DNA from: Geosiphon pyriformis uo1
Taxonomy: Eukaryota; Fungi; Glomeromycota
DNA: 64,000 bases
Direction: 5' to 3'
NCBI GenBank assembly: GCA_016748015.1
Contig: JAAOMT010000766.1
Location: 13,064 to 77,063, forward strand
Part shown: positions 38,598 to 53,165 of the stretch, one piece after another
Position numbering within the stretch: the first letter of the stretch is position 1
Layout: every line of letters begins with the position of its first letter
Program-made: the position numbers and the translations under genes
Notes under the pieces: generated by a model
Databases searched by the model: none
What the model saw: the letters and a program-made list of their open reading frames with translations, nothing else
Told to the model about the DNA's origin: nothing

Positions 38598-41249
38598 TCA
38601 ATCTCCAGTTTTGGATGACTCTTGACCTGGAATTTCTAGATGTTATCTAAGCTGAGTTTGATAGTAGTGTTGAAATTGGTGATTGTTGATATATTACTTG
38701 TGACTGCAGTTGATAAATAACTGGTGCTGCTGGTTGATAGAATAGAGCTTAATATACTGGTGGTTAATAAATTGGTGGCTGCATTACTGGTAGGTAATTC
38801 AATTAATATATTTCTGGATTGGGTTAATATCTTGGAGTTTGAAACCAGCAATCAGAGTTTCAATATTGATTTTCCAATCATTAGTTTTCTATCCTTAATT
38901 TGCAGTCAATTTTTAAATGTCCTTGTTTACCATAGTAGTGGCAAATACATGTCTCTTGTTGCCATTGTTGATTGGTAAAGAATGATGGATGCAATTAATT
39001 TTGGGAACAATTCGCATTTTTTTGATTATTGCATTATTGTGGAAGTTAATAAACTGCTTAATTGTTATCTAAGTATCCCTCTAATTTTTGGTTGATAGAA
39101 TTACTGAATTGTTTCAACTTAGAATCCAATTCAGATGATCTGTTCATTACTAGATTTATGGCTTGAGCATGATTAGCTTTGAGTTCAGCTGCTTCAAAAT
39201 CTCTGGCATTTATAACAGCAGCTTGAAGATCTGCTGAATGCATTGGACATACGCGTTAGAGAATGTTACTGCACAGGCCTCTAATGAATTGATTTAGGAT
39301 TTGTGGCACTGTGAAATAATCAGCCTGTATGGCCTGAATTTAGCACAGATTTCTGTGAAAGCATCCTAAGTAAATAATGACTGCTTTATTTTCTTCTTGT
39401 TTGATGGTGGTGAAAGTGTTTGTCAATCAGTTAATGCTATTATTATTACTGAAATATTGTAGAAATACAAGCTTGAATGCATTGAAATCTTGGAATTTGT
39501 TAACCAAGCTTTGGTACCATGAATTGGCAGTATTCTAGAAAAAATAAGGAATGGCTTGCATGGCTCTAACGTTATCCCATTTATTGGTTGTAATGGCTTT
39601 TTTCATATCATTTAGCCATACTTGGGTGTTATTTTTTTTGCCAGTAAACTTTTTGAGTTTTGCTATTGGAGTGTAAGCCATTTAATTCAAGTTTAGTTGC
39701 TGTGATGGTTGAAATAGTAATTGAATTTGGGGTTGTGACAGTGGCTGTTGTTGTGGAACAACTGGTGATGGGTTGATAATAATTACTGGAAGTAAGTATT
39801 ATTGATTATTAATATTAGGGTTTCGATTGTTTTGATTTTTTTGTTTTTGAAAATTTGGAGTTTCAACTTCCAGATTTTTTAAATTTGGATCTTGCTGAGT
39901 CTGAAAGTTCAGGGTTTCAATGTTTGGATTTTCTGGAATTGGGTTTTGGTAAGTAAATTCTTGATCTTCAGCTTTTTTTTCTTTTTTTTCTTTTGATTCT
40001 GTTACCTCTCATGAATCAGCTGTTCCAAAGTCTGGTTGAAATGGCAGTAATCAGTATCCTAATAGGGTAGTTGATTGTGATTTAAATCCTTCAAAATAAT
40101 TGCCATAGGTCTTTAATAACTCTGCTTTTTTTTGTTTACTTTGAAATAGGAGTTGGCCAAATGTTAATGTCGCATTTGATGTAGACATGCCTATTAATAT
40201 TATGTTGATGATACTTCCAGGTGTATAGTAGTAGGATAGGTTGTTTGGTAACTCAACTTTGGTTTTCTTCCAAGTAGGTGGTTGTATTCTTTGGAATGTG
40301 GCTGCTGGTGTTTGCAGTTTTCCTTTTCCTTTACTGGTATATGTAATTGGGTATCTTTGTTGAGTGTGATATTCAATTTTTTTATTGATTTCTGTGATGA
40401 TGAATGTGAAATTATGGTTTGTTAATAGGCTAGTGTTTTAAATTAATTTGTTGTAAAAGGTTTCTTTTGCTAATTCAATATTTACTGGTGTCTCTAACAG
40501 ATAGACAATTCTCTCATTAACATAGAAATTAAAGGCTGATTCCACTAATATGTGATTGTGGTTTAATTTCAAATGTTGACAGTAGTGTTGAAATAAGGAT
40601 TTCGCAAATTCTAAATGGTGTTATAGGTAATTTCTTGGTTGTTGGAGTAAATAACAAACCCATAACTTGGTGCTTAAGGCTGTTGTCAATGATAGAAATC
40701 TGAAGGTGTGTTTATCTGAAGATGTGTTATCTGAAAGTTTTGTTGTGGAGTTTTTTGTATAATGAACAGAAATTTAGTGGTAATAGTTTTATTTGTAGCT
40801 TCCCAAAATCGCAGTTTCATCAATTTTTTTCTCAGCATGATGGCCAGTGTTTCTTCTGGTAAGCTATCTATTAATATATATAATTCTACCCTTATTTCTG
40901 GGTCTTTTACCAGATGCTATATCCTAATGTCAGTACCCTGCATGTGAATCCTCAATAGAGTTAGTAATAACAACAATTAAGACAAAAAAATCAAAGAAAT
41001 AACATAAAGAAATGAGCCAAGGCAATATGCAAATTAGGATCTGTCAATAGCTGTGATCAAGAGCTATTGTTCCAGTGTAGTTAAGTATTAATTGCTATCA
41101 ACATAGAGTGTTGATAGTGAAGAGTGGATTTAGATGGTAAATAATTTATTTGTTCAATATTTGTGAATGAAAGATTTCTAACTAATAGATTCTGCTTTTT
41201 CTACTTCTAATGCTACCACTATATATACATCATTAATGTTCTACAAGAT

Positions 41250-41402
41250 CGCTCACATTTCCAAGTGATGTGCTATAATTTCTTGAGCAATGCTCACATT
41301 GCTGAGTGATGTGCTCTAATTTTCTAATATTGCTCCACATTGCTGAGCAATGTACCATGTTTTCTGACATTGCTCCACATTGCTGAGCAATATGCTCACA
41401 TG
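41250..41402. repeat. U3 array of element C: ~30-40 bp units built on the palindrome CACATTGCT-G-AGCAATGTG (second copy at ~50325-50515)
   Basis: Directly visible tandem units. Confidence 0.85.
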
Positions 41403-44400
41403 CTAAATACTATTCTCTTATTGGTCTGCTATTTTCTATGTCTGTTTTCTTTTTATAAGTACCATTATCTTCTTCTTTTAATATTGAGCTCCGTCAAAAT
41501 CTTTGTTTTGAATTAATTTTAATATTTTTTTTTCAAGTATTGTTTGTTTGACTCTGTTTTTCACATCTTCTACTTGTGTATTGTTTATTCTTTTCCATTG
41601 GTTAATGGTTATGGTTTCCATGTCAGAGTGTAACAATATTTCTGGATAATTTTGAAATATGTTGTATAGTTAGTATATTGTTTTAACATGTAGTGTTGAA
41701 TTAGTTTTCTTTCCGATAAATTTTTCAATTTGTTGTATTATGTCTTGGTTGAATATTCTCTTGGATTTGTTAATATACAACTTCTGAATATTCAACTTTC
41801 GACCTAACTGATAGTAGCAATATAATATTGGAAGTTGTTCTGTTCATTGCTTCTAATTTTTTTTTGTAAGTTCTTCTGTTGGTGCCATAATAAGTATTTT
41901 CCCAAAAGTGTTCTTCACTTTTTCTATTAAGTTATCTGTCCAGTTTTTATTATTTTTTGGTGGCTGCTAATATGGTGTATTTTTTGTCTTTCTTTTTGTG
42001 TTTCGATAGCAAATTGTTTGATTGTTGATAACAATTTCCATATCTAACTGTTGTTGACTTAATGTCTAGAACAGTTGTTAAGCTATGGTGTGAATGTGAT
42101 CTGGTATTTCCATTTTTCTTGGTTGCTTTTGTCACGTGTATTGTGTTTTTATATCCTCTTTTGGTTGTTCAATTCAATGTGTTTGGTTCAATAACTATGA
42201 TTGGTTCCAAATCTTGTAGAATCTCATCTGGTTGAACTATTATTTTTTGTACTCCCAACTGTGGAATGGTATTGGTAGATGATAATGCTATCTGGTGATA
42301 TGGTTTTAGTCAATCACCATGTGCTGCTTTGGCTAAAATTTTGTTGTCCCATCTTAATTTATAAGCTCCATTTCCTAGAATTTTTTCTATGTGAAATGGT
42401 CCGTCCCATTTGGGGTTAAATTTTCCACTCTATTGTTTTTCTGCTTTGGTACAATGTAATAGTACTTTGTTTCCAATCTTGAATTCCACTAGTTTATTTG
42501 ATAGTTGGTTATCATGTCATTTTTTTTGCTTTTCTTGTGCCTTTTGGATATTATCAGCTGTTTTCTGTCGTCTGTTTTCTAGTGTTTTCATTAAGTCATA
42601 TGTTTTTTTCAACAATGTTTCTTGGAAATTATCTTCTGTTATTGGTTCAGCTGGATATGTATTGATCTCTATCTCAACTGGTAATGTTGCTGTTTTACCA
42701 TATACCAATTCAAATGGTATTGTTTGTGTAGTATCTTGCTTTATTGTTCAATAAGCAAATAATACTGATAGTATAAACAAATCCCATTTGTCCTGATTTT
42801 TTTGGCTGATTTTGGCAATTGTTTTATACAGTGTTCTATTAAATCTTTCAACTAAGCCATTCATTTGTGGATGATATAGTGATGATAATGGTCTTTTTAT
42901 TCCAAATCTCTGGCTTAATTTTGCTAATGTTCTGTTCACAAAGTGAGTTTTTTGATCTGATAGTAGTTTTTTTGGACATCTATGTTGACAAATCAAATCT
43001 TAATGAACGAATTTGGCAATGGATTTTGCATCTGCTCTTTGAATGGCTTTTGCTTCTGGCCATTTTGTGAGATAGTCTATGGCTACTGCAATGTATCTGT
43101 TGTCTCTGCTGGTGATTATTAATGATCTAACTAAGTCAATTCTGATACAGTCAAATGGTTGTTTCACTTTAATTGGTCTTAATGGTTTACTGGGTTTTGT
43201 TTCACCTCTTCTCTAACAAACATCACAATTCTGAACATATTAAATGATATCTGAATACATTGATGACCAATAATATCTTTTTCTTGTTCTTTTCATAGTT
43301 GCTTCTTTATGAAAATGTCCTGCTGTTGGATTTGAATGCATGTTGAATAATATTGTCTCTTTTTTTGGTTCTGTAACAACTCTTATTGGTTAATCTGAAT
43401 TTTTTCTGTTTTTTTAGTAAAATATATCTTTATAATTAATAAAATGTTTTGATTGTTGTTTAATATTATTTCACTCAATTTGTGATAATTTTTCCTTGAA
43501 CTGTTGAGTATTTATATAATGTTGTAATTGTTGATATTTTTGTATGTTCATCTTTTGTTATATTTTTGTGTTGAAATGTTTTAGATTTGTCTCATTCATG
43601 ACAAACCATCAGTATTTCCATTGTCTTTTTTCTTTTTATAATGTATAGTGTAAGTATATGATGATAGTGCCATTTTCTATCTTGATTGTCTTCCATCTCC
43701 AAATTTCTGTTTATGAATTGCTGTTAATCTTTTGTGATCTGTGTATACATCAAACTTCTGGCTCAAGTATTTGCTCCATTTTATGACTGCCCAATAAATT
43801 GCTAAGTGTTCTAATTCTGGTGTTCCATAATTTCTTTCAGCTGGAGTTAAACCTTAGCTGGCATATGTGACTGGATGTTCTCTTCCATCTGGTCCTCTCT
43901 GTGATAGTACTGCTCCCAATGCTTGGCCTGATATATCAGTGGTAATAATGAATAGTTTATTGTAATTTGGATAGATCAGTACTGGAGCTTGTATAAGCTT
44001 TCATCTTAGAATATCAAAAGCTTCTTGTTGTGCTTCTGTCCATTTGTATTTCACATTCTTGATTTGGAGATGATTGAGTGATTGGGCTATCTTGGAAAAG
44101 TTTTTGATGAAGTGTTAATAATAGCCTGCAAATCCCAAGAATGACTTTAACTCTGTCATATTGGTTGGTACTGGAAAGTTCTTGACTATCTCTATCTTTT
44201 CTGGATCTGTTTTAATGCCGTCTTTGCTTACTATGTGCTCTAAAAAGTTTAATTCTGTCTTGCCAAAGAAGCACTTATTGGCATTTAACTTTAGCTTTGC
44301 TTGTCATAGCCTTTCAAACACTTGTTGTAGATGATGCAAATGATCATTGAATGTTTTGGAGAACACATTGGTGTTGTCTAAATAAATGACTACTGATTTC

Positions 44401-45379
44401 CACAACAAGCCAGTATATACTATTTTTATTAGCCATTGGAATGTGACTGGTGCATTTGTTAAGCTGAATGATATTACTTCAAATTCAAAATTTCCTTCCC
44501 ATGTTGTGAATGCAGTCTTTTCTTTGTTCATTGGATTCATGGCTACTTGCCAATAACTATTATCTAAATCCAATATTAAGAACTATTTGTTTCCCCCAAA
44601 AGCATCAAATAATTCCTAAATTCATGGAGTTGGATAGCTGTTTTCATACGTGACTCTATTAAAGCTTCCTGTAGTCCATGCAAAAATGAATTTTCCTATT
44701 CTTTTTCCAGACAAGTACTACTGGTGATGACCATAAGCTTATTGATAACTGAATTAACCTGTTGTCAAGCATCTGGTTGATTTCTTGACAAATGATCTCA
44801 TGGCTAACAGGTGGTATTCTGTATGCTTGTTGTTTTATTGGCATAGCATCTCCAGTTTTGATTTGGTGTTGGATAATATCAGTTCTGCCGAATTCATTCT
44901 CACTGATGAAGATGTCATTGAACTTATTAAGCAACATCTTCAGCTGCATAAATTGGAGTGGGTCTAGATTTCCCATGTTCATTTGTTCTAATTGTTCTGG
45001 TTGAAGCAAATAACATTCATTTTATCTATATATCCATAAAGCTGTGGAAAGTCTGGAACGGGGTTTGGTCTATTTTAGTAGTTGAATGTCCTATGATGGT
45101 TCCTTCTGGTATCTCTATAATCTTTCCAGTGTTGTTGTAAATGGGAATTTTGATGTGGCTATAGTTTTTGGTTGGTATGTGAAGATTAATGAGTTCAATT
45201 TCTCCTAATTCACAACATGCTGCTTCTGCTTCAAAAATCTGGTTCTGATCCTTCACTTTCTTTTCTATGACTACCATATACTGGTCATATGGTGGAATGG
45301 AAATTAGTTGACCAGTGGAAATAATTTCTCTCTTGTCAATAATCTCTTCTTCCACCATATTAACTGGTATATCTACTCT

Positions 45380-45770
45380 ACCCATTGATCCAAATCCCTG
45401 TATCCCTCTAGCTGTGATCCCTAATTCTTCCTTGTTTCTCATTGACACTAACTGAGCTATTTTGACCAGAAACAGGAATATTGCCTGTACTATCTTTTCA
45501 TTTGGCTCTATTACATAGGCCTTTTCTGAATTGTTTTGTAGCATAGCAATGATATTTCTCACATATTCTGCATCAATTATTCTTCCTTTGATGTTGATTC
45601 CTCTTTTTGCTAAACTACTCCTAGATGCTAGTTGAATTATTGTGGTTGCTAAAATTTCCAGTGATATTTTTAAATCAATGCAAATGTGTGAATGTGGTTC
45701 CAATTTAATGGCATTTTTTCCAGAATATCTTAGATCAAACCCTGCATCAGTATCATGCACACACTCTGGC
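45380..45770 (-). pseudogene. dUTPase domain within C pol (best-preserved copy)
   Basis: DAGFDL (I), ASRSSLA (II), IIDAEY (III), KIVQ (IV), RGIQGFGS (V) in ORF 45026-45835. Confidence 0.92.
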
Positions 45771-48700
45771 ATGATACCTTCATTATTGTCACTGTACCAT
45801 TTTAGTTCCTGCTCCTTGGTGAGGTCAGGGAGCACGATATATTGTTCGTAGTTTGAATTGGGGTTTAAATCTGTATTGGAATTATTGTCATTGTTATTGC
45901 TATTTTAAACAGAGCTGAAATCATTATTTTTGTCGTCATCATTATTAGGGTTTGAATCAGGATTGAAAATTGATTCTGATTCTAATGTGCAGCTGCTGAT
46001 TGGTTTTTTTTCTTCTAAGATTGTGTAAATCATGTGGATTGGTGAGTTGTAAATAAGGTCACACTTATTACAATATTGAAAGTTACATGGAATTAAACAG
46101 TGGTTACATAGTCGAGTGTTTAGCTGTACTAGCCACTGCTCCTGCTCTTCTTTTGTGAGTGCCAAGTTTTGGTAATACTCATGGAAGTCTTCTAGATTGG
46201 TTTTTATGTCAAGAAAAATGTCTGGATTTGGAATAAGAATGATGTCAACCTGTTTAGGTGAGTTGTTTTTAATTTCCAGAATTTCACTGGGCATGGCTCT
46301 TTGGACTTTGACATTTGCCATTTGCCAGATCTTGTTCTCATCATGTAGGTAGCCATCCAATCAGTTAATTGCTCTATGTCAAGCTGCTGTTATGAGCATG
46401 TTATGACTCACCCCGTCACTGATGAGAATCATGTACTGGCATGAAGTACCACATATTCCTTCTTGACCAGGAATGTTGTTTCACATCCCTTTATCAAGTA
46501 GCTGTTTGCCACAAGTGAGACATGATTTGTTGTTCCACTTGCCTTGGTGCTTTGGATATCTATAGCATTTGTGATAGCATGGTTTGCAGTAATAATGTGT
46601 TTGCATTCAGTGGTTTTCATCTGGTGTGATCCATGCTCCCATGAATGAGAGTTTCTTTTCACAGTCTTTGTATTTAAGTAAAATAAATGATGGCTGTAAT
46701 AGTGGCTGGCAAACAGAGTATAAATTTGTCTATTCTTTGGTTGTGTTTTCTATTGGTTTGATTTCTTTAGGTACATTTTTTTCTTTTTCCTTCCCTTTCC
46801 CTTTTTCCTTCCAGCTTATTGTTGGTAGCAACTCACTTTGGTTGTTGTCAGTTCAAGCTTTGATGGTGGTTCCCCAAATATGTTCTTCTCTTTGTTTTCT
46901 TTTTTCATTATTATTGTCATCTCAAAAGAGTATTGGCAGTAGTTTGTTGTAGTCATTGTCAGCCCACAAGGCTTGATAGGCTTCTCAGGTAGGTTTTTCC
47001 TCTTCTTCCTCAAACTTGATGAGTGGTGCTGGTGTGTTGATGGTCTTAAAGTGGCCACACATGGCTGGTACACATGTATGTTGGTCATTTTGGCTAAGTT
47101 GGAGCTCTTGCATTGTTCAATCAAGGATGGTGTTTGTCTTAGTGAGCCAGTCATTACCAACTAGTGCTTGGTATTGAGTGGCTTTCATTACCAGAACTTT
47201 GATAGGGACTATGATGTCATTGACTTCAAAAAGAAAGTCGTCAATCTCATCAATAGGAGTTTTGGTTGCTCCATTAGCTGTGATGATTCTTGTGCTGACA
47301 GCTCTGTCAACTCGGTGACCTAATTGATTCATGAGTTATCTGGTGATGATGTTGCCAGCTGATCCACTATTCAGGATTAGTTTGATATACTGACCATCGA
47401 CTTTGGCATCAGTATACATTGTGGTTATTGGTTTGGTGTCCAGAACAGCTCCACTAAATAATAGAACTGATGTAATTTCCTCAAGTTCAAATGGAAATAT
47501 GGCAGCAAGTGATTTGTCTTTGGTGCTGGCAGCTGGTGAAATATTACAAGTAAGTGGTTTCTGGTTGGTTTCCTGTTTGCTAGATGCCATGTCTTTTGGG
47601 ATAACCAAAAGACTTAAGTAGTTTTGGGAACTCAGGTTTTGGTTATATCCAGTTTCTAAACTCTGCTGGCATGATCCTGATGGTTGATTTGTTGAACTGG
47701 GGATTGGTTGGTGAACCACTATTGCCAATCTTCAGTTTTGGGTTACTTTGGATCTGGGGTTTTCGGATGTTATTATAGCTGGGTTTTGTAATAGTATTTG
47801 AATTGATTGTTGTGGTTGATAGACTATTTGTGGCTGTGGTTGATATATTATGGATGGCTGTGGTTGATATATTTGAGGTTGATATACCGATGTTTGATAG
47901 ATTGGTAGTGGCGTCATTGGCAGGTAAGTAGATTGATATTGATTTTGATTTGAATAATGATTCAGAATTAGGAACTGACAATTGGGATTCCAATATTGAT
48001 TTCCTGATCATGAATTACTATAAGCATGGCAATCAGCTCTAAGATAACTTTGTTTACTACAGTTGTGGCAAATTCGTGTTTTTTGTTGTCACAGCTGATT
48101 TGTTGATAATAATAGATGCGATTAACTTTGGAAATGATTCATGTTTCCCTGATTATTAAGTCATTGAGAAGGCTGATAAATTGGGTGATTGTCAGCTAAG
48201 TATCCCTCTAATTTCTGATTAATGAAATCACTAAATTGTTTCAGTTTATAATCCAAATTAGATGATCCATTCATTACTAAATTCACAGCTTGAACATGGT
48301 TGGCTTCTAATTTAGCAGCTTCAAAATCTCTAACATGAGTGACTGCAGTAGGAAGGTCTACTGGATGCATTGAACATACTCATTGGAGTATGCTGCTGCA
48401 TAAGTCTCTGATGAACTGATTTAAGATTTGTGGCACTGTAAAGTAATCAGCTTGAATAGCTTAGATTTAGTGCAGATTTCTGTAAAAGCATCCCAAGTAG
48501 GTGGTGACTGCTTCTGTATTCCCTTGTTTTAGGGTGGTAAAACTACTTGCCAGGCAGTTGATGCTGTTATTATCACTAAAATATCTTAGGAATTCTGTTT
48601 TAAATACATTAAAATTTTGGGGATAATTTGTATTGTTCTTGTATCATTCCAATTGTTTGCAGTAATGGCTTTGGCGACATTATTGATCCATGTCTGGGTG

Positions 48701-50655
48701 TCATTCTCTTCACTGGTAAACTTCTCAAGTTTTGCGATTGGTGCGATCAGTTGCTGTTGTTGTATTGGTGGTTGAAATGGTTGTTGCGGTTGCTGAACTG
48801 GTTGCTAGATAAGTTGCTGTAGTGGTGGCTATTAAAGGGGTATTTGCTGCTGTTGAATTGGTTTGATAATCGGTTCAATTGGTGGCTAATTGATGACAAT
48901 ATTTGGAGGTAAGTTTTGTTGATTAATTAAGTCAGGATTTCGGTCATTCTGATTTGGTAGAGTTTTGATTTCTGGATTTTCTAGATTTTGATCTTGCTAA
49001 GTCTGAAAATTTGGGGTTTCTATATCCAAGTTCTTAGTAATTGGGTTCTGATAAGTGAATTCTTGATCTTCAGATTTTTCTTCCTCTTCTTCTTCTTGTT
49101 TTTTTTCTGATTTAGTTGATTCCCACAGATCAGTAATTCTGAAGTCTGGTTGAGGTAGTAGTGATCAAACTCCTGATGGCATTGGTAATCTCAATTTGAA
49201 TCCTTCGAAGTACACGCCATATAGTCCTAATAGATTTTTTTTTCTTTGTTTACTTTGGAATAGAAATTGTCCAAATATTGATGTTGCATTTAATGTAGAC
49301 ACACCTGCTAATGCAATATTAATGGTGCTTTCAGGAGTATAATGTTATGATGGATTTGTAGGTGATTCAATTCTGTGTTTTTTCCAAGTGGGTGGTTGGA
49401 TCTGTTAAGGTGTTATTGCCAGTGTTTGTAATTTATTTTTGCCTTTACTGGCATAAGTGATTGGGTATCTTTGTTGTGTGTGATGTTCAATTTCTTTATT
49501 AATCTTAGTGATGATAGATGCGAAATTATAATTTGTTAGTAGGCTGGTATTTTGGATTAATTTATGGTAAAAAGTTTCTCTTGCTGATTTAGTGTTTACT
49601 GGTGTTCCTAACAAATAGGCAATTTTTTTATTAACATAGAAATTGAAGACTGATTCTGCTGATATCTGATTGTGGTTCAATCCCAAGTGTTGACAGTAGT
49701 GTTGAAATAAAAATTTCGCAAATCCTAAATGATTTGCTCCTATACTTTTTGATTCTGCCACTGTTGATGATAGAAATCTGAAGGTGTGTTTATCTGAAGA
49801 TGTGTTATCTGAAGGTTTTGTTGTGGAGTTTTTTGTATAATGGACAGAGATTCAGTGGTAATAGTTTTATCCATAGCTTCCCAAAACCACAGTTTCATTA
49901 ATTTTTTTCTCAGCGTAATGGCCAGTGTTTCTCCTGGTAAGCTATCCATTAATATATATAATTCTACCCTTATTTCTGGGTCTTTTACCAGTGCTATATC
50001 CTGATGTCAGTACCCCGTGCATGAATCCTCAATAGAGTTAGTAATAACAACAATTAAGACAAGAAAATTAAAAAAATAACATAAAAAAATGAGCCAAGGC
50101 AATGTGCAAGTTAGGATCCATCAATAGCCATGATCAAGAGATTGTTCCAGTGTGGTTAAGTATCAATTGCTATCAACATAGAGTGTTGATAGTGAAGAGT
50201 GGATTTGGATGGTAAATAATTTATTTATTCAATATTTGTGAATAGAAGATTTTTAACTAATGAATTCTGCTTTTTCTACTTCTAACACTACTGCTATATA
50301 TATATCATTAATGTTTTACAAGATTGCTCATATTTCCGAGTGATGTGCTATAATTTTTTGAGCAATGCTCATATTGCTGAGCAATATGCTCTAATTTTTT
50401 AACATTGCTTCACATTGCTAAACAATATGCCATGTTTTCTGATATTGCTCCACATTGCTAAACAATGTGCCATGATTTCTGACATTGCTCCACATTGTTG
50501 AGCAATGTGCTCACGTGTTAAATACTATTTTCTCATTGGTCTCCTATTTTCTATGTCTGTTTTCTTTTTATGAGTAACAATGGTTTGCTTCTATTCTTTC
50601 TGATTCTGCCACTTTTGGATGGGTGTAATTGGTGCTGGTTTTCTGTAAGATTATA

Positions 50656-50672
50656 CCTCACAGGAAGCACCA
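50656..50672 (-). promoter_or_regulatory. tRNA primer-binding site of B2 (TGGTGCTTCCTGTGAGG); homologous PBS at ~56046-56062 and ~57602-57618
   Basis: 2 nt after the LTR end, starts TGG; complement CCTCACAGGAAGCACCA resembles 3' ends of elongator tRNA-Met or tRNA-Ile(UAU), identity not resolved. Confidence 0.8.
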
Positions 50673-53165
50673 AATGTTATTGGTGATTATTTGGGGTTTT
50701 AAATTAAATAATAAAACCTGTAACTTGGTGCTCAGAAGTTATTTGTAATAATAGTGTTGGTAATTTGAAGGTTGTTTGTATCTGAAGGTTTAGGTTGAGT
50801 TCTTTGTATAATAGACAGAAATTTAATAGTTGTTTCAGTAGTCTCCCGGAATTGCAATTCCATCAAATTTTTTTCTCAGCATGGTGGCTGGTAATCCTCT
50901 TGGTAAGTTATTCTCAAATTTATGAGTGTTCTATCTTTGTTTTATGGGTTTTTTACCAGTCCCTATAATGTCTGTAACTTAGTACTTTAATTCTTAATCA
51001 ATTAGTCAACCAAAAAAAATAAAAAAAAAATAAAAAAAAATAAAAAAAAATAAAGAATTTAAACAAAAGCAATTGTAAGTTAGTATTCTGTCAATAGCTG
51101 TAATCAAGAGCTATTGTTCCAGTGTAGTTAAGTATCAATTACTATTAACATGAAGTGTTGATAGTAGAGAATGAATTGAAGATAAAAAATAATTATTTAT
51201 TGATTTTTGTGAATAGAAGATTGCTTAGAACAAATTTAAACTGAGAGATCTCTAACTGAAAGATTCTGTCTTTTCTACTCCTAGCACTACTGTTATATAT
51301 GCATAATTGAGATTCTTCAATTTCTCAATTCTTCTTATCAGGAATTCTGGAATTCTTGGAATTCTGCAATTTCTTTGAGAGGAATCCTGGAATTCTGGAA
51401 TCCTGCAATTTCTTATATAAGAATCCTGAAATTCCTAGAATCTTGCAATTCTTCTGAAAAAAATTCTGGAATTCCACATCTACTGTGCCTACTTCTGATT
51501 GGCTAATTTATATGCTAATATATTTTCTATATTTTATAAGTAACACAGTCCAATAGATAGCCAAATATTTTAGTGTTAAAGTTCTATAATTCTTTTTAGC
51601 TGGACTTAAGCTTTGACTGGCATATGCTATTAGGTGTTTTCTTCTATCTGGTTTTTTTTGTGATAGTACAGCTTTTAATGCTTAACTAGATGCATTGGTA
51701 ATAATAATGAATAGCTTGCTATGATCTAAATAGATTAGTACTGGTACTTAAATAAGCTTTTTTCTCAAGATGTTAAAAGCTTCTTGTTAATTTTCAGTCT
51801 ATTTATATTTCATATTTTTTGCTTAAAGCTGGTAAAATGATTAAGCCAGTTTGGAAAAATTTTGGATAAAACAGTGATAATATTCAGCAAATTCTAAGAA
51901 TGTTCTTAATTCTGTAAAATTTGTTGATACTAAAAAGTTCTTAACTATCTTAATCTTATCTGGATCTATTTTAATGCCATCTTTGCTTATGACATATTCC
52001 AAAAACTTGAGTTCTGTTTTGTCAAAGAAACATTTGTTTGCATTTAATTTTAATTTGGCTTTCTATAGTCTTTTGAATATTTGTTGAAGATAATAGAGAT
52101 GATCATCAAATGTTTTTAAGAATACATTAATGTTATCTAAGTAAACTACTACTAACTTCCATAGTAATCTAGTATAGAAAATTTCCATAAGCCATTGAAA
52201 GGTAGCTAAAGCATTCATTAAGCCAAATAGCATAACATTAAATTTGAAATTCTCTTTTTTGGTTATAAACACTGTCTTTTCTTTGTCTGCTGAATTTATG
52301 GCTACTTGTCAGTAACTACTGTCTAGATCTAATATTGAAAACCATTTTTTTTCTCCAAATGCATCGAATAGTTCTTGAATTTGTGGAGTTAAATAGCTGT
52401 TCTCATAAGTAACACTGTTAAGTTTTCTGTAATTCACACAAAAATAGATTTTTCTATTCTTCTTTTGAACTAATACTATTGATAATGATTATGAACTTAT
52501 TGATGATTGAATTAACTCATTGTCCAATATTCTGTTGATTTTCTGTTGAATGATTTTATGGCTTATTGGTGGTACTTTGTATGCTTTTTGTTTAATTAAC
52601 ATTGTATTTCCAGTTTTAATTTGGTGTTGGATAATATTAGTTCTGCTAAATTCGTTTTTACTGGTAAATATGTTAGTGAAATTGTTGAAAAACATCTTAA
52701 GTTGCATATATTAAAGTGGGTCTAAGTTTTCCAAGTTCATTTGGTCCAATTATTCTGATTGAAACAAATAATATTCTTTTTAGTCATATATAATTTGTAA
52801 TATAATATCAACATATTTACACAATTATAAAAAATCTGGAATAGTGTTTGGTAATTGGTTTTCAACTTTAGTATTCAAGTATTTGATGATAATTCCACTT
52901 GGTATTTTGATGGTATTTTCAGTTGTGTTATAAATAGAAATTTTGATGTGTTTATAGTTCTTAGCTAATATATATAGATTAATGATTTTAATTTTTCTTG
53001 ATTCACAAATAGTTGGTTTTGCTTTAACAATTTAAGACTGGTCCTTTATTTTTCTTTCTATTATTAACATATACTGGTCATATAATAAAATGAAAACTAA
53101 TTGATGGGTAAAGATAATTTCTCTCTTATTAATTGCTTTTTCTTCTATTATATTGACTAGTACAT

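Larger units (their letters stand above)
40619..50579 (-). mobile_element. Gypsy C, ~10 kb, same internal lineage but a different U3; inserted about 10 codons into B2 gag; 5' LTR end and PBS deleted
   Basis: LTRs at 40619-41464 and ~49762-50579; TSD ATGG at 40615-40618 and 50580-50583; complete internal domain series. Confidence 0.92.
30703..51545 (-). mobile_element. Gypsy B2, full-length, carrying a nested solo LTR and nested element C
   Basis: Matching LTRs at 30703-31477 and 50675-51545; TSD CAGT at 30699-30702 and 51546-51549; PBS 50656-50672; gag-PR-Cys-dUTPase-RT-RH-IN-ORF3 remnants. Confidence 0.92.

Noticed and set aside
41250-41402. Palindromic repeat arrays resembling CRISPR
   Set aside because: No unique spacers and no cas genes; eukaryotic context; the arrays lie within LTR U3
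47643-48011. Second open frame (Ser/Thr-rich) overlapping the YQPQ region, suggesting a gag-pol frameshift
   Set aside because: Capsid, CCHC, YQPQ repeats and protease read in one frame; the alternative frame is open because of low-complexity composition
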